Origin: Dethiobacter alkaliphilus
GTDB taxonomy: Bacteria > Bacillota > Dethiobacteria > DTU022 > UBA8154
Direction: 5' to 3'
Length of the DNA: 64,000 nucleotides
Assembly: GCA_016841605.1 (NCBI GenBank)
Contig: JAENYV010000003.1
Span: 9,064-73,063 of the forward strand
The translations under genes and the position numbers were made by a program. Positions 56,289 through 64,000 of the stretch are shown here, in pieces. Under the pieces are notes generated by a model that saw nothing but the letters and a program-made list of their open reading frames with translations, was not told where the DNA came from and did not search any database. Position 1 is the stretch's first letter. Each line of letters opens with the position of its first letter.

Positions 56289-57723
56289 CGTCAAGCCTCT
56301 GGCGCAAAAGTTGCTGGACCAGCTGGGGATTTGCCTGTCCTTTGGTATGCTTCATTGTACTCCCCACCAGAAAGGCCAGTGCTTTTTTGTTTCCTGAAGT
56401 ATAATCCTCTACTGCGCCCTTATTTTCCGCCAAAACTTTATCGATTACATTCAACAGGCTCTTTTCATCGCTAATCTGGACGAGCCCCTTGGCCTGGACA
56501 ACTTCCCTGGGAGCTTTGCCCGTTTGAAAGGTTTCTTCCAGGACTTCTTTGGCTGTCCTGCCGCTGATAACACCCTCATCAAGGAGGCTCAGCAGTTCCG
56601 CCAGATGTACCGGCTGAAAGGAAAGGACTCCGATTTCCCCCCCCTGTTCGTTAACAAGCTTCAGCACATCTCCGAGCAGCCAGTTGCTCACTTTCTGAGC
56701 ATCGCGGTACCCTTTCAGGGTTTCCTCAAAGAAATCGGCCAGTCCCTGGGAGGAGGTGATCACTTCCGCCTGGTACGGAGTAAGTTGGTATTCTTCAATA
56801 TAGCGCGAGGCTCGCTGGACGGGAAGTTCCGGCAGCAGCTCCCTGATTTTCCGCACCCGCTCAGCCGTGATATTTAGAGGAGGAAGGTCCGGTTCGGGGA
56901 AATAGCGATAATCTTTTTCCTCTTCTTTACCCCGCATCTCCAGGGTGATTCCCTGTTCCTCAAACCATCTCCTGGTTTCCTGGTAGACTCTCTCCCCCTC
57001 CCGCAGCAGTTTCTCCTGCCGGTAAACTTCGTATTCCAGACCTTTTTGGACAGCCTTGAAAGAGTTCATATTCTTGATCTCCACTTTTGCTCCGAATTCC
57101 TTGGAACCAACCGGCCTCAGAGAGATATTGGCGTCACAGCGGAGGCTTCCCTCCTCCATTTTGCAATCCGATGTTCCGGTATACAGGAGGATCCTCTTTA
57201 AGGACTCCAGATAGAGACGGGCCTCTTCCGGTGAACGGAGATCAGGGGCTGAGACGATCTCCATCAGGGGAACACCGCAGCGGTTGAAATCCACATAAGA
57301 AGAAGAGCCACTGGGATCATGCTGGAGTTTCCCGGCATCTTCCTCCAGGTGCAGCCGATCGATGCGGATCCGGCGAATCGTCTCTCCTTCCTTGACCACA
57401 TCAAGATACCCGTTCCGGGCTACGGGGAAATCGTACTGGGATATTTGATAAGCCTTGGGCAGATCAGGATAAAAGTAATTTTTGCGGTCAAATCTGCTGA
57501 AGGTTGATATTTCACAGTTTAGAGCCAGAGCCGCCTTTAAGGCCAGGTCCAGAGCGCTTTCGTTGAAAACGGGAAGAGAGCCGGGCAGGCCAAGGCATAC
57601 CGGGCAGACATTGGTATTGGGCTTCTGCCCGAAACTGTTTGGACAGGAACAGAAAATCTTGCTTTTTGTTTGGAGTTCGGCATGAACTTCCAGACCGATG
57701 ATAATTTCATATTCATGAGACAC
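56284..57723 (-). CDS. gatB: Asp-tRNA(Asn)/Glu-tRNA(Gln) amidotransferase subunit B
   Basis: Conserved GatB N-terminus IIGLEVHAEL and C-terminal YqeY/GatB domain. Confidence 0.9.
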   Translation of the reverse strand: MSHEYEIIIGLEVHAELQTKSKIFCSCPNSFGQKPNTNVCPVCLGLPGSLPVFNESALDLALKAALALNCEISTFSRFDRKNYFYPDLPKAYQISQYDFPVARNGYLDVVKEGETIRRIRIDRLHLEEDAGKLQHDPSGSSSYVDFNRCGVPLMEIVSAPDLRSPEEARLYLESLKRILLYTGTSDCKMEEGSLRCDANISLRPVGSKEFGAKVEIKNMNSFKAVQKGLEYEVYRQEKLLREGERVYQETRRWFEEQGITLEMRGKEEEKDYRYFPEPDLPPLNITAERVRKIRELLPELPVQRASRYIEEYQLTPYQAEVITSSQGLADFFEETLKGYRDAQKVSNWLLGDVLKLVNEQGGEIGVLSFQPVHLAELLSLLDEGVISGRTAKEVLEETFQTGKAPREVVQAKGLVQISDEKSLLNVIDKVLAENKGAVEDYTSGNKKALAFLVGSTMKHTKGQANPQLVQQLLRQRLDG

Positions 57724-57725
57724 CT

Positions 57726-59204
57726 TTAACCCCCCCTTTTAACATTGACTTCCGGTAACTGATTCCTCACTCCCAGCAGGCTTTCCAGAGCATAACAAAA
57801 CTGGAAGATGCGCCCCTCATCAAAAGGACGGCCCAGCACCTGAAGACCTACCGGCATCCCATCCACAAACCCGCAGGGAATGGATATAGCCGGTACCCCG
57901 GCGAGATTTGCGGTAATCGTACAGATATCGCTGAGGTACATGGTCAGCGGATCATCCGTTTTCTCTCCCGCTTTGAAAGCGACAGTTGGAGAGGTCGGGG
58001 TAACGATAAAATCATAGTTCTCGAACACTTTCTGAAAATCCTCCCGAATCAGGGTACGGGCTTTCAGGGATTGTAGATAATATGCATCATAATAACCGGA
58101 GCTCAGGGAATACGTGCCCAGCATAATCCGCCGTTTTACTTCCGGACCGAAACCTTCATTGCGCGTTTTTTTGTAAAGAGAAAGGAGATTTTTTGCCTCG
58201 GCAGCACGATAGCCATACTGTACTCCGTCATACCTGGCCAGGTTGGAAGACGCCTCTGCTGTGGCCACGAGATAATAAGCGGGAAGGGCGCACGACGTAT
58301 AAGGCATGGAGACCTCCTCGATCTCCATCCCCAGCCCCGAACATTTTCTTACGGCTTCCATGACTACTTTTTTTACCTCTGCATTAATACCTTCTTCGAA
58401 ATAGTCCCTGGGAAGGGCCACCTTTAACCCCTTCACATCCCTGCCCAGATAATCCGTGTAATTCTCCTTTTCTCTCGGTACAGAAGTTGAATCTCTGGGA
58501 TCATGCCCCGCGATGACATCCATGACCAGGGCGCAATCCCGAATATCTCTCGTCAGCGGGCCAATCTGGTCCAGGGATGAGGCAAAGGCAATAAGTCCGT
58601 ACCGGGAAACAAGCCCGTAAGTAGGTTTGAGACCCACCACTCCGCAGAGCGAAGCAGGCTGACGCACTGAACCTCCCGTATCGGAGCCCAGCGCAAAAAA
58701 GACCTCTCCCGCGGCTACCAGCGCGGCCGACCCACCGCTGGAACCTCCCGGTACCCGGGTGGTATCCCAGGGGTTGCGGGTCGTATAGTAAGCGGAATTC
58801 TCCGTGGACGAACCCATGGCAAATTCGTCCAGGTTGGCCTTGCCCACGAGGACCGTTCCGGTTTCCTTTAACTTTTCAACAACGTGGGCATCATAAGGCG
58901 GACGATACTTCCGTAATATTTTGGAAGCGCAGGTTGTGGGAATCCCGCGGGTACAAAGATTGTCTTTCAATGCCATGGGAACACCGGCCAGAAGGGAGAG
59001 AGATTCTCCGGAAGCCCGCGCTTTATCAATTTTTTCGGCTTCCAGCAGTGTTTCATTCTCATCCAGAAGGGTAATAAAACCCTGAATTTCTTCTTCCACT
59101 TCCCCGATGCGCCTTAGCACGGATGCCGTTAACTCTTGTGAGGTAACTTCCTTGTTCTGAAGGGCTCCAGCCGCCTCTGCTGCCGACATTTTATAATAAT
59201 CCAT
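57726..59204 (-). CDS. gatA: Asp-tRNA(Asn)/Glu-tRNA(Gln) amidotransferase subunit A
   Basis: Amidase signature GGSSGGSAA and Ser-cisSer-Lys triad. Confidence 0.9.
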   Translation of the reverse strand: MDYYKMSAAEAAGALQNKEVTSQELTASVLRRIGEVEEEIQGFITLLDENETLLEAEKIDKARASGESLSLLAGVPMALKDNLCTRGIPTTCASKILRKYRPPYDAHVVEKLKETGTVLVGKANLDEFAMGSSTENSAYYTTRNPWDTTRVPGGSSGGSAALVAAGEVFFALGSDTGGSVRQPASLCGVVGLKPTYGLVSRYGLIAFASSLDQIGPLTRDIRDCALVMDVIAGHDPRDSTSVPREKENYTDYLGRDVKGLKVALPRDYFEEGINAEVKKVVMEAVRKCSGLGMEIEEVSMPYTSCALPAYYLVATAEASSNLARYDGVQYGYRAAEAKNLLSLYKKTRNEGFGPEVKRRIMLGTYSLSSGYYDAYYLQSLKARTLIREDFQKVFENYDFIVTPTSPTVAFKAGEKTDDPLTMYLSDICTITANLAGVPAISIPCGFVDGMPVGLQVLGRPFDEGRIFQFCYALESLLGVRNQLPEVNVKRGG

Positions 59205-59222
59205 GCCTTTATTCCTCCGTTT

Positions 59223-59525
59223 CTAGCTCTCTTCCTCGATGACCGGGGGAACTTTAAACAGTCCCCTGGCCGAATCCGGTGCTTCCTCCAGGACTTCCGG
59301 CAGCAACTCTCTGCCTTTTTCCTCGCTGCGGTCTTCCCGAAAAACATTTTTCAACTGCTGGACGTGGGTTGTCGGTTCGACACCGGAGAGATTAAGCTCC
59401 TTCAACCGTTGAATATAATCCAGGATTACATTGAACTGTTGGGTAATTGACTCCTTTTCCTCCGGTAAAAGGTCAAGCCTGGCCAGAGAAGCAACGTATT
59501 CCACTTCTTTTCGGCTTACACTCAT
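59223..59525 (-). CDS. gatC: Asp-tRNA(Asn)/Glu-tRNA(Gln) amidotransferase subunit C
   Basis: MSVSRKEVEYVASLARLDL; AAGGAGGTG RBS; first of the gatCAB order. Confidence 0.8.
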   Translation of the reverse strand: MSVSRKEVEYVASLARLDLLPEEKESITQQFNVILDYIQRLKELNLSGVEPTTHVQQLKNVFREDRSEEKGRELLPEVLEEAPDSARGLFKVPPVIEEES

Positions 59526-59659
59526 TTTTTTCACCTCCTTTTAAACTTGCAGGAAAAAAGATATCTTTGCCGAAATAAACATGGTAAAAGCAGGACAGTT
59601 TATTTAAATTTATGAAAATGATCAAACTATTACCTGAATCCTGAGGAGGAAGATAAAAA

Positions 59660-59929
59660 ATGCCTGTACTTCATAATTTAATGGAAGACGCCGTTAATAA
59701 CACAGTTACCGAACTGATATCCAAAGAAAAAAACGTATGTTCTTGTGAACAGTGCCGCCTGGATATTGCCGCCATCGCGTTGAACAGCCTCCCTCCCCGT
59801 TATGTAGTTACCAGCAAGGGCGCCAGCTATGCCCGTGCCGATCTTCTGGAAATGCAAAAATATATTGATGTTATCGGTGCTGTAACAAAGGCTATTAAGC
59901 TGGTCAAGGAACACCCCCGGCATCCGTAA
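59660..59929 (+). CDS. ComFB-family late competence development protein
   Basis: 89 aa with the CSCEQC...C four-cysteine ComFB signature. Confidence 0.6.
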   Translation: MPVLHNLMEDAVNNTVTELISKEKNVCSCEQCRLDIAAIALNSLPPRYVVTSKGASYARADLLEMQKYIDVIGAVTKAIKLVKEHPRHP

Positions 59930-60011
59930 AGAAGTCGGAAATCAGGAGCCGGGAGCCGGAATTGAAGATACTTATGATAAACCTCTTTTGCCATTCCGAC
60001 CGGGCAAAATA

Positions 60012-62024
<2,013 letters not shown>

Positions 62025-62068
62025 CTAGCCGTTATTATACCTCATATCTCCCCGAAAAAAAACAAAGA

Positions 62069-62101
62069 CCGGCATTTTTTAGCATTTTTAAAAAAGCCGG
62101 C
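62069..62101. terminator. intrinsic terminator hairpin downstream of purD
   Basis: CCGGCATTTTTT-loop-AAAAAAGCCGG stem flanked by A8/T8 runs on both strands. Confidence 0.5.
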
Positions 62102-62138
62102 AAAAAAAATAACACTTAATCAGCGAAAGATTAAAATT

Positions 62139-63416
62139 TTACGGATGAAGAGCCCGGTAAGCAATATCCCTGCGGTAATGAACCCCTTCAAAAGTAATTA
62201 TCTTCGTCAAACTATAAGCCCTTTTGACGGCATCAGCCAGGGAGAGATCCCAGGCAGTCAGATTCAGAACCCTGCCGCCCGCAGTAACAATCCGGTCGTC
62301 TTCCAAAGCAGTTCCGGCATGAAAAACAAAGGTATTTTCCACTTCTCCCGCTTTTTCCAACCCGGAAATTTTTTTATTTTTTTCATATTTGCCGGGGTAG
62401 CCCCCGGAAGCCATGACGACACAGACTGCTGCATCATTGTACCAGACCGGAGGGGCCAGGGAAGAGAGATTACCTGTCGCCGCGTGATAGAGGATGGGGA
62501 AAAGGTCGGACTGCAGCCTGGGAAGAAGTACCTGGGTTTCAGGGTCTCCGAAACGGGCATTAAACTCCAGGACTTTCAGGCCCTTGGAGGTTAAAATTAA
62601 TCCCCCGTAGATCACCCCCCGATAGTCGATTCCTTCTGCTTGAAAACCGGCAAGTACAGCTTCAAAAATTTGTTTGTTAACCTCATCGGCCAGATCTGAA
62701 GTCAGAACAGGAGGGGGAGAATAGGCGCCCATCCCACCCGTATTCGGTCCGATATCACCTTCAAAAACCGCTTTATGATCCTGGGCCGCCGGGAAAACCA
62801 CGTATGAAGAGCCGTCGGTCACAGCGAAAACAGAAATTTCCTCTCCCTCCAGAAATTCCTCCACTACGATCTTCTCTCCGGCTGAAGCGCCGAATTCTTT
62901 CTTTTCCATGATCCTTTCCACGGCCAAAGCTGCCTCGCGGTAATCCTGGGCGACGACGACCCCTTTGCCCGCAGCCAGGCCGTCGGCCTTCACCACCAGG
63001 GGATAAGACGCTTCCTGCAAGTAGCGAAAAGCGTCCCCGGGAGAGCTGAATACTTTAAAGGCAGCAGTGGGGATGCCGTTTCGCACCATAAAATCTTTTG
63101 CCCAGATTTTACTCCCTTCCAGCAGAGCACCCGCTCCGGAAGGACCAAAAACAGCGAGTCCATTTTCCCTGAACAGGTCTGTCAGTCCGTCCAGGAGGGG
63201 AGCTTCCGGACCGACGACGGTAAGCTGAATTTTTTGCGAAGAGGCAAAATCCAGCAACTTCTCCTTTTCTTCCGCTTCTATGGGGATACAACGGGCCAGG
63301 GAGGCAATCCCCGCATTCCCCGGAGCACAGAAAATTTCCTGCACCTGAGAACTTTGCGCCAGTTTCCAAACCAGGGCATGTTCTCTTCCACCGCCTCCAA
63401 CAACCAGTACACGCAC
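62139..63416 (-). CDS. purD: phosphoribosylamine--glycine ligase PurD
   Basis: VRVLVVGGGGREHAL N-terminus and ATP-grasp domain; GTG start with GAAGGAGGAG RBS. Confidence 0.85.
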   Translation of the reverse strand: MRVLVVGGGGREHALVWKLAQSSQVQEIFCAPGNAGIASLARCIPIEAEEKEKLLDFASSQKIQLTVVGPEAPLLDGLTDLFRENGLAVFGPSGAGALLEGSKIWAKDFMVRNGIPTAAFKVFSSPGDAFRYLQEASYPLVVKADGLAAGKGVVVAQDYREAALAVERIMEKKEFGASAGEKIVVEEFLEGEEISVFAVTDGSSYVVFPAAQDHKAVFEGDIGPNTGGMGAYSPPPVLTSDLADEVNKQIFEAVLAGFQAEGIDYRGVIYGGLILTSKGLKVLEFNARFGDPETQVLLPRLQSDLFPILYHAATGNLSSLAPPVWYNDAAVCVVMASGGYPGKYEKNKKISGLEKAGEVENTFVFHAGTALEDDRIVTAGGRVLNLTAWDLSLADAVKRAYSLTKIITFEGVHYRRDIAYRALHP

Positions 63417-63529
63417 TTTAAGCTCTCCTCCTTCAGCAAATTCCCAGCGATTTTCTTCGCTCACTGATTCAGCCGAACTATAGCTCCCACTTTTGGAGTA
63501 GAAGACTTCTGCCGGCGTTTGATCATTGA

Positions 63530-64000
63530 TTAGTGTTTAAAATACCGTTTCCCGGTAAACAGCATGGCAATGTTGTATTTCTCGCAGGTCGCGATCACTT
63601 CCTCATCTACTCCGGATCCGCCCGGCTGGACAATGGCGGTAACTCCTTCCGCGGCAGCGATCTCCACGCCGTCTTTAAAAGGGAAAAAAGCATCGGAAGC
63701 CATCACGCTTCCCCTAACATTTTGTCCGGCCTGGTTTAAGGCAATTCGGACCGAACCGACACGGCTCATCTGACCGGCGCCGATACCCAAGGTTTGCAAC
63801 CTTTTGGCAAGAACAACCGCGTTGGAATTAACATGCTTGACAACTATCAAGGCAAACAGCAAATCTCGCATCTCCTGCTCCGTCGGCTTTCTTCCGGTCA
63901 CACACATCCACTCTCCGGGAGAATAGATCTCCGGCCGATCCTCCTGCAGTAGAAGCCCGCCGCTGACCTTTTTAAAGTCATAATCACAGTTTTTCCCCGC
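63530..64000 (-). CDS. purH: bifunctional AICAR transformylase/IMP cyclohydrolase PurH (C-terminal part; continues beyond window)
   Basis: AICARFT-domain C-terminus (GGSGVDEEVI...FTGKRYFKH); N-terminus lies off the window. Confidence 0.8.
   Translation of the reverse strand, partial: AGKNCDYDFKKVSGGLLLQEDRPEIYSPGEWMCVTGRKPTEQEMRDLLFALIVVKHVNSNAVVLAKRLQTLGIGAGQMSRVGSVRIALNQAGQNVRGSVMASDAFFPFKDGVEIAAAEGVTAIVQPGGSGVDEEVIATCEKYNIAMLFTGKRYFKH

Overview
This window looks like a Gram-positive anaerobe (Firmicutes-type RBS, GTG/TTG starts, tungsten aldehyde oxidoreductase, gatCAB, ComFB). Four blocks are visible. (1) 0.5-8.3 kb is a minus-strand arsenic-resistance island: arsR, a beta-grasp protein, arsC, a decayed thioredoxin-like remnant, a DUF318 permease, an ACR3 arsenite efflux pump, padR and an ArsP-like permease. 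Next to it sit two very small proteins sharing a vicinal-cysteine CCD-K-I motif, then a SufS-like cysteine desulfurase and an IscU-like protein. This Cys-rich accessory module is the candidate most likely to be undescribed. (2) 8.8-17.9 kb carries a T-box-controlled ABC importer, MFS transporter genes, and GntR and two-component regulators. (3) 18-46 kb is a large accessory catabolic island with three UbiD-family (de)carboxylases, two of them adjacent and followed by a 55-aa zinc-ribbon protein. It also holds a TctABC tripartite tricarboxylate transporter, two LeuC/LeuD-like hydratase pairs, two M24 creatinase/ectoine-hydrolase-like hydrolases, an isochorismatase-like amidase, a flavoprotein with a truncated 2Fe-2S partner, a class II aldolase and a TAXI-TRAP transporter. 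No UbiX, CoA ligase or CoA transferase is present, so the substrate is unknown; I propose an anaerobic heteroaromatic or unsaturated polycarboxylic acid pathway as a hypothesis. (4) 46-64 kb is mostly housekeeping: AOR-ferredoxin-MoeA, TrmL, a Lon-like protease, Nth, class I fumarase, gatCAB, ComFB, LigA, PurD and partial PurH. Several ~80-120 bp direct repeats flank regulator and transporter genes, and several palindromic operators are visible. No CRISPR, rRNA, tRNA or transposase was found.
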